Source of the DNA: an uncultured Verrucomicrobiae bacterium | GTDB lineage: Bacteria; Verrucomicrobiota; Verrucomicrobiia; Chthoniobacterales; UBA10450 | Reading direction: 5' to 3' | Length of the DNA: 64,000 bases | Assembly: GCA_963735805.1 (NCBI GenBank) | Contig: CAVTMK010000001.1 | Location: forward strand, 64,001 to 128,000 | Part shown: positions 1 to 9,282 of the stretch, one piece after another | Position numbering within the stretch: position 1 is the first letter of the stretch | Layout of the letters: every line of letters starts with the position of its first letter | Made by a program: the position numbers and the translations under genes | The notes under the pieces: model-generated | Database searches by the model: none | What the model saw: the letters and a program-made list of their open reading frames with translations, nothing else | What the model was told of the DNA's origin: nothing

Positions 1-282
1 ACTGACCAGGGTGTTACTTTCAGCGATCAGATCCTGCTAACTTTCCTGTCTTCTGCCATGGACAACGGCAACTCCAGGCAGCGAGTGCTTGGAGACTATA
101 TGCAGATGAAAGCGGTCGATAATTGCTTCTATGGAGCCTTCACTGCAAACGGTGTCTCTTTTGGCCGGCCTTTCGCTAATCACGACCCAATCTTCTTTAA
201 AGCCTGCGTAACTACCCCGAGATCTACTCCCACACCAAGACCCCGCCCGACGCCCGCGCCGCGTCCGACGCCGCCACATTAA
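1..282 (+). CDS. 3' end of a probable secreted protein (5'-truncated by window) ending in a Pro/Thr/Arg tail
   Basis: Frame 1 is open from base 1 (TDQGVTFSDQILL...GDYMQMKAV...) to the stop at 282; ends STPTPRPRPTPAPRPTPPH. Confidence 0.6.
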   Translation, partial: TDQGVTFSDQILLTFLSSAMDNGNSRQRVLGDYMQMKAVDNCFYGAFTANGVSFGRPFANHDPIFFKACVTTPRSTPTPRPRPTPAPRPTPPH

Positions 283-430
283 GAGGCTAACCCCTAGAGG
301 CTGGAAAAGTTTCCTTTCCGTGGCGACAGGACGAAGGAAGCCTTAGACCCGCGTTTCCACGACCAGGACTGGGCAAGAAACCTGTGCGGGAACTGCGGCG
401 AAATTTCGCATTCACGCCCGAGGTCGCATT

Positions 431-787
431 CTATCGACCTGGAACAGAAATCGTGTAAGTGATCAACGCACAGACCACCACCATCCCAATCATGGCGATG
501 ATAAATATTACGTCTGCGATTTTTTCAAGACGGTGCATCCTGCGGAGGCCCCGCGAACGTAGCGCCCAGTAAGAAAGTAAACAAGAAATCAGAAACAACA
601 GCGCGTCGGCGGCCAGGAAATCGTCTGCCAGTGTGTCCGCGGTTCCGAGGGTGATAACAACGCGGATCAATCCAATAACGGTCAGGCAAACGCCGACCAT
701 CGCCGAAGAGACCGTAAAGATGTGGATGCAAATGTCCTGCTCGAGGTGGCTGTTTGCCCTGGGTTCCCGCTCGGTTTCTCCTTTCAT
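431..787 (-). CDS. Small hypothetical membrane protein (about 3 TM helices)
   Basis: 118-aa ORF with three hydrophobic segments; HIFTVSSAMVGVCLTVIG. Confidence 0.7.
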   Translation of the reverse strand: MKGETEREPRANSHLEQDICIHIFTVSSAMVGVCLTVIGLIRVVITLGTADTLADDFLAADALLFLISCLLSYWALRSRGLRRMHRLEKIADVIFIIAMIGMVVVCALITYTISVPGR

Positions 788-879
788 GCGATCATGACTT
801 AGACTGGTCGCGAAAGCGACTGTTCAGAGAATTGCGCGCCTGATAGAAGAATTGAAAGGGGCACTAACGAAAACTCCAT

Positions 880-2265
880 TTGAAATTCATTAACTTGACG
901 CGCCGCACCGAGATTGGTGCGAATTCATATTTCCTCGAGATTGGCAGCCATCGACTGGTGCTGGATTGCGGAATGCATCCCAAGGACACCGGTGAAGAAG
1001 CGCTGCCAAACTTCAAAGCGATTGCTGATCGGGAGATCGAAGCGATCCTGATATCTCACGCCCATCAGGATCACATCGGCACATTGCCCGTACTGATGCG
1101 CCGCCTTCCAAGCGCGCGCGTTTTTATGACCGAGGCGACGGCTGAGATTGGCAATGTGCTGTTGCACAACTCGGTTAATGTCATGACCCGTCAACGCGAG
1201 GAAATCGGTCGCGCCGTCGCGGGGTTATATCCGCTTTTCACGCATCGGGAAACCGATCGCGCATCGGAACGCTGGCGTTGGTGTCCATTGCGCCAGCGCA
1301 TCTCCATCACCGGGGAGCGTGCGCCTCATCACGAAAAAGACGCGCTAACATTTGAATTCTTTGATGCAGGACACGTGCTGGGTTCAAGCGGAATTCTGCT
1401 GCGAGCAGAAGGTAAAACAGTCTTTTACACCGGTGACGTCAATTTCGACGATCAAACGATTATGGAAGCAGCGGTCTTTCCTGAAGCGGACATAGACGTA
1501 TTGATCATGGAATGCACACGAGGCGATCACCCGAAACCCGCTGGCTGGACACGCACCGGTGAAGAGCGACGCCTGGCAGAAGCAATCGCCTCTGCTTTTG
1601 AGCATGATTCGTGTGTCCTCATACCGGTGTTCGCACTCGGAAAGACTCAAGAGATCCTGGCAATGCTTTACAAATTCCGTCGCGAAAGACTTTTGCCTGA
1701 CTTTCCAATTTATATTGGCGGTCTCAGCTCGAAGATGACCGATATTTACGACCGCCGCGCGCACGTGAGTCGCCGTCAATTGTCGCGCCTGCAGTTAATG
1801 AGAGAAGCTACACCATTCATCCTGAATGACGGAACAATACGCGACGCCCCGCTACGTCCTGGACGGATTTATGTGCTCTCCAGTGGGATGATGGTACCGA
1901 AAACACTCTCCAATGTTCTTGCGCACCGATTGATCGAGAATCCGCAGCATTCGATCTTTTTTGTTGGCTACGCCAGCCCGGAATCGCCGGCTGGTCTTCT
2001 GCGACAAGCAGGAACGAATGGCGAGGTTGCCCTCGATCCTGAGAAACCGACACAGCGTATCCGTTGCAACATCGAACAGTTTCAGTTCAGTGCGCACGCG
2101 ACACGCGAAGCGCTCATCGATTACGCCACAAGACTCTCGCCCGCCAAAATTGTTCTTGTACATGGCGATCCACCTGCGGTGGAGTGGATGCGAACGACGC
2201 TGTCGGCTAGGCTGCCCCGCTCGGAAGTGATTGTGCCAGAGCCCGGAGCGGAGCTGAATCTGTAA
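880..2265 (+). CDS. MBL-fold beta-CASP ribonuclease (CPSF73/Ysh1-like)
   Basis: SHAHQDH metallo-beta-lactamase motif, AGHVLGS, YTGD, C-terminal FSAHA and VLVHGD motifs; TTG start. Confidence 0.9.
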   Translation: MKFINLTRRTEIGANSYFLEIGSHRLVLDCGMHPKDTGEEALPNFKAIADREIEAILISHAHQDHIGTLPVLMRRLPSARVFMTEATAEIGNVLLHNSVNVMTRQREEIGRAVAGLYPLFTHRETDRASERWRWCPLRQRISITGERAPHHEKDALTFEFFDAGHVLGSSGILLRAEGKTVFYTGDVNFDDQTIMEAAVFPEADIDVLIMECTRGDHPKPAGWTRTGEERRLAEAIASAFEHDSCVLIPVFALGKTQEILAMLYKFRRERLLPDFPIYIGGLSSKMTDIYDRRAHVSRRQLSRLQLMREATPFILNDGTIRDAPLRPGRIYVLSSGMMVPKTLSNVLAHRLIENPQHSIFFVGYASPESPAGLLRQAGTNGEVALDPEKPTQRIRCNIEQFQFSAHATREALIDYATRLSPAKIVLVHGDPPAVEWMRTTLSARLPRSEVIVPEPGAELNL

Positions 2266-2438
2266 GAAGGGTGAGATGAAAAGTGGCAAATGCAGATGAC
2301 GGTCTCACTCATCACAAAAATCATTTCCTGAGACCATCCCAATCCTCAAAGATGGCGAGAGGCCTTACAATTGTGCGAACAGTCATGCAAGTTGCTTGGC
2401 GGATGAGGGGTTCTTCGCCTCGTTCAGAATGACGCGCT

Positions 2439-3203
2439 ATGAAAATCGTGTCTTGGAACATTAACTCGCTACGCAAGCGTCAGGACCGCCTGTTTGCCTG
2501 GCTCGAGACGACAAAACCGACGATCGTTTGCCTGCAGGAAACAAAATGTACGGATGACCAGTTTCCAGCACTCGCCTTGCAAGCGGCCGGTTATGACGCG
2601 GCTTATCATGGAGAGAAATCGTATAACGGCGTCGCCATTTTTTCGAAAATCAAGCTGCGCGATGTGCGTCCGTCGCTCTGCGATGAAGTGATCGATCCGC
2701 AGGCGCGCGTGATTGCGGCAACCGTGGATGATCTGCGTGTTTTTTCCGTGTATGCGCCGAATGGCCAGGCGGTTGGTTCGCCCGCCTACGAATACAAACT
2801 GCAATGGTATCACCGCCTGCGAGCCTGCATCGCAAAAGAAAAATCCAACGATGTTGCAGTGTGCGGGGACTTCAATGTCGCGCCGGAAGATATCGATGTG
2901 TACGATGCCGATTTGTGGCAGGGAGCAATTATGTGTTCGGAACGCGAACGCACCGCGTTTCAGAAATTGTGTGAGACCGGCTTGCGCGACACTCTCCGAA
3001 TTCATCACAAGGAACGCGAACTTTTCAGCTGGTGGGACTACCAGATGCGCGGATTCGAAAGGAATCGCGGACTGCGCATCGACGCGATTCTAGCTAGCGA
3101 AAGACTGGCGAAGCGCTGCAGTGCGTCAGGAATTGACATCGAAATGCGCAAGGGCAAGGAACCATCAGACCATGCGCCGGTATGGGCAGAGTTTGAGATT
3201 TAG
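2439..3203 (+). CDS. xth: Exodeoxyribonuclease III
   Basis: SWNINS, CLQETK, YAPNG, GDFN, GLRID, SDHAPV motifs. Confidence 0.95.
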   Translation: MKIVSWNINSLRKRQDRLFAWLETTKPTIVCLQETKCTDDQFPALALQAAGYDAAYHGEKSYNGVAIFSKIKLRDVRPSLCDEVIDPQARVIAATVDDLRVFSVYAPNGQAVGSPAYEYKLQWYHRLRACIAKEKSNDVAVCGDFNVAPEDIDVYDADLWQGAIMCSERERTAFQKLCETGLRDTLRIHHKERELFSWWDYQMRGFERNRGLRIDAILASERLAKRCSASGIDIEMRKGKEPSDHAPVWAEFEI

Positions 3204-3311
3204 TGACAAGTGATTGGTAAGAAGTCAGAAGTTGTGTATAGCGCCCCGAACAAACTTCTTCCTTCTCACCTTCCGCCTCTCACGTTCTACTAACGCGATG
3301 AGAAGTTACTA

Positions 3312-5237
3312 ATGCACCTCCGCGTTTCGAACCCGCCGGCAAGGCCTCTCATGATTTGGGATGGTGAGTGTCATTTTTGCAGGCGTTGGATCGAACGTTG
3401 GCGCGAAATCACCGCCGGCAAAGTAGATTACGCCACCTATCAGCAGGCCGGCACGCAATTCGCTGAAATTCCATTCGACCACTTTAAGCGCGCGATTGCA
3501 TTCATCGAGGCGGACGGCGAAACCTTCTTTGGCGCTGAAGCTGTGTATCGCTCATTGCGATATCGATCTTCTCGAAAATGGCTGGCGTGGAGCTATGATC
3601 ACGTGCCCGGCTTCGCACCGATTTCGGAAGCTGCTTACAAATTCATCGCTCGCCATCGAGGACTTGGATCGACTATCACTCGGTTGTTATGGGGCAACGA
3701 CGTCCGACCGCCGACGTATTTTTGGGCGCGCCGTTGGTTTCTTCGCCTGCTCGGACTCATCTATCTGATTGCTTTCGTGTCTCTATGGGTGCAGATGGAC
3801 GGCCTTGTCGGCAGCAGCGGAATATCGCCGGTTAACCGGTTTCTCCCAGCAGTCCAGCAGCAACTCGGGTCAGATGCTTATTGTCTTTTGCCGACACTTT
3901 GCTGGTTCGACTCCAGCAACGCTTTTCTGCATCTCCTGTGCGAAGGCGGCGTTGTTTTCTCGTTGCTTCTGGTGCTGGGAATCGCTCCCGCGCTTTCCCT
4001 CGTCGTACTTTTCATCTTTTACCTCTCGCTAGCCATTGCTGGGCAAGTGTTTCTCAGCTTTCAATGGGATGTTCTCCTGCTCGAGACTGGTTTTTTGTCG
4101 ATTTTTTTCGCGCCATGGCAACTATGGCCGCGAGACCTGTTGTGGTGGAAGGGCTCAGCGCCTTCGGTAACAGCTTCTCCGGTCTCTCGAGCGGGTTTGT
4201 TTCTGCTCAAGTTTCTTCTCTTTAAGTTAATGCTTATGTCCGGTGTCGTGAAGCTAACCAGCGGCGACGATTCCTGGGGTTGGCTAAATCACTCATTTCA
4301 TTGGAGCGCGCTGACAGCGCTTGATTATCATTACTGGTCGCAGCCGTTACCTACAGTTTTCGCCTGGTGGGCAGACAAGAGCCCAGAATGGTTTAAACAT
4401 TTTTCAGTCGCATTTTGCCTCGTAGTAGAAATCATCGCGCCTTTCTTTATCTGGGCGCCAGGACGCCTGCGGTTAATTGCTGCAGGACTAATGATCTTTC
4501 TTCAAACTGTGATCGCACTTACCGGCAACTACTGTTTCTTCAATCTGCTGACAATCGCGTTGTGCTTGCTTTTAGTCGATGATTCTGTTGTCGCCTCGCT
4601 GTGTCGAGGCATCTCCCGAAATGGTGTTCGGAAGGCAGCAGCACAGCGTCGTTGCTACAGCCGACTGGCGCCTTACGCGGCTCTCGCTGTGCTTGCTGTC
4701 ACCTTTCCAATCAACGCGTGGCTCATTTTCAGTGCGTTCAAACCGCAAAGCCAACCACCGGGCTGGCTGGCGAAGTTTTACGGACAACTGGAACCATTTC
4801 GGATCGTGAACGGATACGGGCTCTTTCGGGTGATGACAAAGGACCGTTGTGAGATCGTCATCGAAGGCAGTCGCGACGGCGTTGAATGGACGCCCTATGA
4901 ATTCAAATGGAAACCAGGTGACGTAAAAAGGGCGCCTGGCTGGTGTGCACCGCATCAACCAAGACTTGATTGGCAGATGTGGTTTGCCGCCTTGGAAACG
5001 CCAGAGCAAAATCCGTGGTTCATCGGGCTAATTGTCAGACTCCTCGAGGGATCGAGAGATGTGACCGGATTGCTCGCGCATGACCCATTCCCGGATAAAC
5101 CGCCCCACTTCATCCGCGCAATGTTTTATCGCTATCGTTTCACGACTAGTGAAGAACGTGGTCAAACTGGCGCTTGGTGGAAACGCCAGGAACTTCGGGA
5201 ATATTTACCGACGATCTCGGCAGACCAGTTGCATTAG
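3312..5237 (+). CDS. Lipase maturation factor (LMF) family membrane protein with N-terminal DCC1-like (DUF393) thiol-disulfide domain
   Basis: N-terminal WDGECHFC; LMF motifs FQWDVLLLETGFL, HYWSQPLP, YGLFRVMT, PHQPRLDWQMWFAAL. Confidence 0.88.
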   Translation: MHLRVSNPPARPLMIWDGECHFCRRWIERWREITAGKVDYATYQQAGTQFAEIPFDHFKRAIAFIEADGETFFGAEAVYRSLRYRSSRKWLAWSYDHVPGFAPISEAAYKFIARHRGLGSTITRLLWGNDVRPPTYFWARRWFLRLLGLIYLIAFVSLWVQMDGLVGSSGISPVNRFLPAVQQQLGSDAYCLLPTLCWFDSSNAFLHLLCEGGVVFSLLLVLGIAPALSLVVLFIFYLSLAIAGQVFLSFQWDVLLLETGFLSIFFAPWQLWPRDLLWWKGSAPSVTASPVSRAGLFLLKFLLFKLMLMSGVVKLTSGDDSWGWLNHSFHWSALTALDYHYWSQPLPTVFAWWADKSPEWFKHFSVAFCLVVEIIAPFFIWAPGRLRLIAAGLMIFLQTVIALTGNYCFFNLLTIALCLLLVDDSVVASLCRGISRNGVRKAAAQRRCYSRLAPYAALAVLAVTFPINAWLIFSAFKPQSQPPGWLAKFYGQLEPFRIVNGYGLFRVMTKDRCEIVIEGSRDGVEWTPYEFKWKPGDVKRAPGWCAPHQPRLDWQMWFAALETPEQNPWFIGLIVRLLEGSRDVTGLLAHDPFPDKPPHFIRAMFYRYRFTTSEERGQTGAWWKRQELREYLPTISADQLH

Positions 5238-5296
5238 GGACGCCAAAAGACAACGCATCTGCCGCTCTTAGAGAATTTAACTGTCTCTGAGGCGAG

Positions 5297-5324
5297 TTGA
5301 GTCATGCGCGTTCGGGAGTATAAT
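5297..5324 (+). promoter_or_regulatory. Putative sigma70 promoter of infA (possibly leaderless)
   Basis: TTGAGT-16 bp-TATAAT, with the -10 box ending 7 nt before the GTG start. Confidence 0.5.
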
Positions 5325-5331
5325 TCGGCGC

Positions 5332-5550
5332 GTGTCGAAGGAAGGACAAATCGTAACGGAGGGCACGGTCACTCAGGTGTTGCCGGGCACAATGTTTCGA
5401 GTGGATCTACCCGGACAACGCAATGTGCTTGCACACATCTCGGGTAAGATGCGTAAGCATTTCATCCGGATCGTGCCGGGCGACAAAGTTTCCGTCGAAC
5501 TTTCACCCTACGATCTGACGAAGGCACGCATCATTTTTCGCGAACAATAG
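5332..5550 (+). CDS. infA: Translation initiation factor IF-1
   Basis: 72 aa; [35 protein letters not shown]. Confidence 0.97.
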   Translation: MSKEGQIVTEGTVTQVLPGTMFRVDLPGQRNVLAHISGKMRKHFIRIVPGDKVSVELSPYDLTKARIIFREQ

Positions 5551-5709
5551 CTGCTTTCTTCGTTCGTTGCAGTCTGCTAAAACCGCAAACTGCTTGAAGT
5601 GCGATTGATTTTCGGGGTCAACGCGCTGCTCAACTTTACTACGAGATTTGTTTGCCGAACTTGCCAAGCACGCGGATACTTCCCCCGATAAATCAACTGG
5701 AGAAAACCA

Positions 5710-6033
5710 ATGGCAGAAGAGAATAAAGCAGAACAAAAAACGTCCACTACGGAAGACGCTCGCGACAAACTTGAGAGCAGTAAACAACATGCGCGCAGAG
5801 CAGCTGAAGACTTGAAATCAGCAGCAGGCGCGATTGCCGGAGAATACCGCGGCAAGGCAGAGCAGAAATGGGGCGAAGCACGCGGCAAAGCAGAACAAGC
5901 ATGGGGGGATGCGAGAGATCGTGCCCGCACATTCCAGGAAGACGCGGAACAATATGTGCGCGAAAATCCAACGAAGGCGATCTGTACAGCGCTTGGAATC
6001 GGGTTTGTCCTGGGTTTGATCTTCCGGCGTTAA
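5710..6033 (+). CDS. ElaB/YqjD/DUF883 family tail-anchored protein
   Basis: Helical repeats then YVRENPTKAICTALGIGFVLGLIFRR tail. Confidence 0.85.
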   Translation: MAEENKAEQKTSTTEDARDKLESSKQHARRAAEDLKSAAGAIAGEYRGKAEQKWGEARGKAEQAWGDARDRARTFQEDAEQYVRENPTKAICTALGIGFVLGLIFRR

Positions 6034-6050
6034 CTCCGAAGCTTTCGGAG

Positions 6051-6479
6051 ATGATCAGCCAGAGCTCTCCGTCCCGCGATCCTGCCGGGCATGCTGGTTT
6101 GCTCCAGAATCTGCTTGCGCTTGCAAGCGCGCTTGCGGAATTTTTTGAAAGCCGCTTCATCCTTCTCGCGGAGGAATCGAAGGCAGCCGCAGTGCAGGTG
6201 CTGATATTGGCCGGTTGTTTGCTCTTCGCACTATTGCTCTGTGCGCTGGGTTATGTTTTCCTCATTACCGGGGCGGTTGCAGGTCTTGCCCATCTGCTTG
6301 GCATTTCATGGCCATGGGTCGCGTTAGGCACCGCTGTGCTTCATTTCATAATTGCGCTGGTATTGGTTTTGGTCGCGCGGAGCCGAATTACGAAACCGTT
6401 TTTTCGCGCCACCTTAGCTGAATTGAAGAAAGATCGTGAATGGCTGAGAAGTCTGGAGACAAATCAATCGACGAACTGA
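6051..6479 (+). CDS. YqjE-like phage-holin-family membrane protein
   Basis: Two TM helices, PFFRATLAELKKDREWL; follows the DUF883 gene; ATG at 6051 chosen. Confidence 0.8.
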   Translation: MISQSSPSRDPAGHAGLLQNLLALASALAEFFESRFILLAEESKAAAVQVLILAGCLLFALLLCALGYVFLITGAVAGLAHLLGISWPWVALGTAVLHFIIALVLVLVARSRITKPFFRATLAELKKDREWLRSLETNQSTN

Positions 6480-6823
6480 AAGCGGAAATCGAGCTTTCGC
6501 GGGAACGCGTCGGCCGGAACCTGTGCGGCTTGCGCCGTGAACTGGATTTTCCTGCGAAATTCCGCAGATCATTTAGAGAACAAACCGTTTCGTGGATCAC
6601 AGCCGCGGCTGCGGTTGGTGCTGTGATCGCCTTGGCGCCAATGCGGAGAAAGAAAATTTACGTCGATGCAAAAAGCAGCCGTAAATCGCAAAAGAAAATC
6701 CTCGAAACGGGCTTTGCGTTGGCTGCGTTGAAAGTCGTCGCCGGCCTGGCCAGGCCAGTAATAGTCGAGTTTATCAGAAATCGGCTAACGGATTTTGCCG
6801 CAAAACCACGCCGTAAAACATAA
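6440..6823 (+). CDS. Hypothetical protein, YqjK-like position in the yqjD-yqjE cluster
   Basis: Overlaps the yqjE-like stop; coiled N-terminus plus one hydrophobic segment. Confidence 0.65.
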   Translation: MAEKSGDKSIDELKAEIELSRERVGRNLCGLRRELDFPAKFRRSFREQTVSWITAAAAVGAVIALAPMRRKKIYVDAKSSRKSQKKILETGFALAALKVVAGLARPVIVEFIRNRLTDFAAKPRRKT

Positions 6824-6904
6824 CGCTCGCGCATCGACCCTTTCTCAGAGGACACTCGTTTTAGGATTTACGCGCTCGGCGGGGCTGCGTAATTATTTCG
6901 GCAA

Positions 6905-8014
6905 ATGCCCATGATCGCCAAATCTCTGGACGCTCCTGTGAAATCGCAGTCGATGCGACACGTGGATGATTTTCTTGAAATCGGCCAGAAAGCGGGCGCC
7001 TCAGACGTCCATTTGGCTGTGAATGCACAGCCACGGTGGCGTTTGCACGGACGGCTGGAGCCAATCTGGGGCGAGGCACCGAGGCTGACCGCTGAGCAAA
7101 CCGAGGCTCTCGCTGACGCTTTCGTACCAGATGTCTATAAAAACGAACTCAATGCGCGGGGCGATTCCGATTTTGCGTACGAAAACGAGTTTGCCCGCTA
7201 CCGCACCAGCGTGGTTCGTCAGCGGCTTGGGATCGAGATTGTCTTCCGTGTGATCAACTCTCACGTCCGAACCATGGATGAATTAGGGCTACCCGAACGC
7301 CTCAAGTTACTCACTCGTTACCAGAACGGGCTCATCCTGGCTACTGGTTCGGTAGGAACGGGCAAATCGACAACTCTGGCGGCAATGGTCGAGCAGATAA
7401 ACATGGACCGCCGCGATCACATCATCACGTTGGAAGACCCCATCGAGTACATTTTGACCTCGAAAAACTGTCACGTTACTCAGCGAGAGATATTCACTCA
7501 CAGCGACTCTTTTGCCACAGCACTGCGCGCTTCACTTCGCGAGGATCCCGATGTGATTATGGTTGGAGAAATGCGTGATTTGGAAACGATTTCACTCGCT
7601 ATTACTGCCGCAGAGACCGGTCACCTTGTTCTGGCCACGCTGCACACCAGTAATGCTTCCCGCACGCTTGATCGATTACTTGATGTGTTCCCGCCACACC
7701 AACAGGAGCAAATCCGGGTGATGGTAAGCGAATCCCTGCGGGGAGTTATTAGTCACCAGCTGATCCCGCACGCAGATGGCACCGGACGCGTGCTGGCTTT
7801 GGAGATTCTTACCAACACACCTGCAGTGGCAAATGTTATTCGAGAAGCAAAGACCTACATGTTACCCGGCATCATCCAGACTGGTAAGAAACAAGGCATG
7901 CGTTTGATGGACGATACACTCATTGAACTGCACGAACGCGGGCTGATTAGCGCTCAGGAGGCTTACGAGCGCGCCGACCAAAAACAAATGGTGCGACAGC
8001 ACCTGAAAATTTGA
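6905..8014 (+). CDS. pilT: Type IV pilus retraction ATPase, PilT family
   Basis: ASDVHL, Walker A GSVGTGKST, TLEDPIE, LREDPDVIMVGEMRD, TLHT, AVANVIRE. Confidence 0.9.
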   Translation: MPMIAKSLDAPVKSQSMRHVDDFLEIGQKAGASDVHLAVNAQPRWRLHGRLEPIWGEAPRLTAEQTEALADAFVPDVYKNELNARGDSDFAYENEFARYRTSVVRQRLGIEIVFRVINSHVRTMDELGLPERLKLLTRYQNGLILATGSVGTGKSTTLAAMVEQINMDRRDHIITLEDPIEYILTSKNCHVTQREIFTHSDSFATALRASLREDPDVIMVGEMRDLETISLAITAAETGHLVLATLHTSNASRTLDRLLDVFPPHQQEQIRVMVSESLRGVISHQLIPHADGTGRVLALEILTNTPAVANVIREAKTYMLPGIIQTGKKQGMRLMDDTLIELHERGLISAQEAYERADQKQMVRQHLKI

Positions 8015-8072
8015 CCACGAATTACACGGCTAACACGAAATGATTCATCAAGAGTAATCTGGTGGTTCTAAG

Positions 8073-9242
8073 ATGGCGTACCTGGATCAATTTCTAGCTG
8101 TGATTGTGAAGCACGGTGGGTCCGATCTGCACTTCGCTCAGGGGCAGCCTCCGAAAATGCGTGTGCATGGAGACATCATGCCCATTCGCGCCGAGTCGAT
8201 TTCACGTAAGGAAGCTGTACAGATGATGAGCGAAATTTGTGGTGCGCGTAACTGGGAAACCTTTGAACAACGCGGAGACCTGGATTTTGCCTATGAGATG
8301 GATGCAGCCTCTCGATTCCGGAGCAACTACTTCAAACAGTCGAACGGTTACGGTGCAACGTTTCGACTGATTCCCACCCGGATTGCCACACTCGAAGAAT
8401 TGGGGATTCCAGTAGTCGTGAAGGAATTTGCTAATTTGCGTGGCGGCCTTGTTCTAGTCACTGGTCCTACCGGATCTGGCAAAACCACCACGCAAGCTGC
8501 GCTCATCGACTACATCAATCAAAACTTTGCGAAACACGTGGTGACGATCGAGGAACCGATCGAGTTCGTGCATGACAACAAGAAGAGCACCATTACTCAG
8601 CGTGAAGTCCCGGCCAATTCCAGTTCGTTTGCTGCCGGGCTCAAAGCAGCGTTGCGCGAAGACACCGATATTGTCCTCGTAGGAGAAATGCGCGATCTCG
8701 AGACAGTCTCGCTTGCTCTTACCGCAGCTGAAACGGGTCTTCTTGTGTTCGGTACACTCCACACAAACAATGCGCGCAAAACGGTCGACCGTATGGTCGA
8801 CGTTTTCCCCGCCGACCGTCAACCTCAGGCGCGTGCCATGCTCGCGAACTCGCTCCGCGGTGTGGTTGCCCAATTACTTTTAAAACGAGCAGATCGACCG
8901 GGCCGAATTGCAGTGAACGAAATTCTGATCGCGAACGCTGCTGTTGCCGCGATAATTCGCGAAGGAGCAACGCAAAAGCTCCAGGACGTAATCGTTTCCG
9001 GCCGAGCGCAAGGGATGCAATTCATGGACGACGCCATCTGGGCGTTGCTTGAAAGAGGCATTGTCTCCGCTCACGAAGCTTTCATGAAAGCCATCGACAA
9101 AGGACGCTTTAGACCCTTTCTCTCGCCGGAAGAAGAAGCACTCGGCAACGCCGCTGGGGGGGCTGCTCAAACTGATGAAAAGAGACTTCCCGGCAGCTTT
9201 TCGAAAACGCCTGGCCCTCGCGCCCGGGCAGGAACGCGCTGA
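8073..9242 (+). CDS. pilT: Second PilT/PilU-family retraction ATPase
   Basis: GSDLHF, GPTGSGKTT, TIEEPIE, LVGEMRD, TLHT, AVAAIIRE. Confidence 0.88.
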   Translation: MAYLDQFLAVIVKHGGSDLHFAQGQPPKMRVHGDIMPIRAESISRKEAVQMMSEICGARNWETFEQRGDLDFAYEMDAASRFRSNYFKQSNGYGATFRLIPTRIATLEELGIPVVVKEFANLRGGLVLVTGPTGSGKTTTQAALIDYINQNFAKHVVTIEEPIEFVHDNKKSTITQREVPANSSSFAAGLKAALREDTDIVLVGEMRDLETVSLALTAAETGLLVFGTLHTNNARKTVDRMVDVFPADRQPQARAMLANSLRGVVAQLLLKRADRPGRIAVNEILIANAAVAAIIREGATQKLQDVIVSGRAQGMQFMDDAIWALLERGIVSAHEAFMKAIDKGRFRPFLSPEEEALGNAAGGAAQTDEKRLPGSFSKTPGPRARAGTR

Positions 9243-9282
9243 AAAAAGCTGCAGTCGCCTGTGTACCACGTTGGGGCGGCCG

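Noticed and set aside
6051..6479. Prophage holin as evidence of a prophage
   Set aside because: It is the chromosomal yqjD-yqjE-type cluster, and no phage genes are adjacent.
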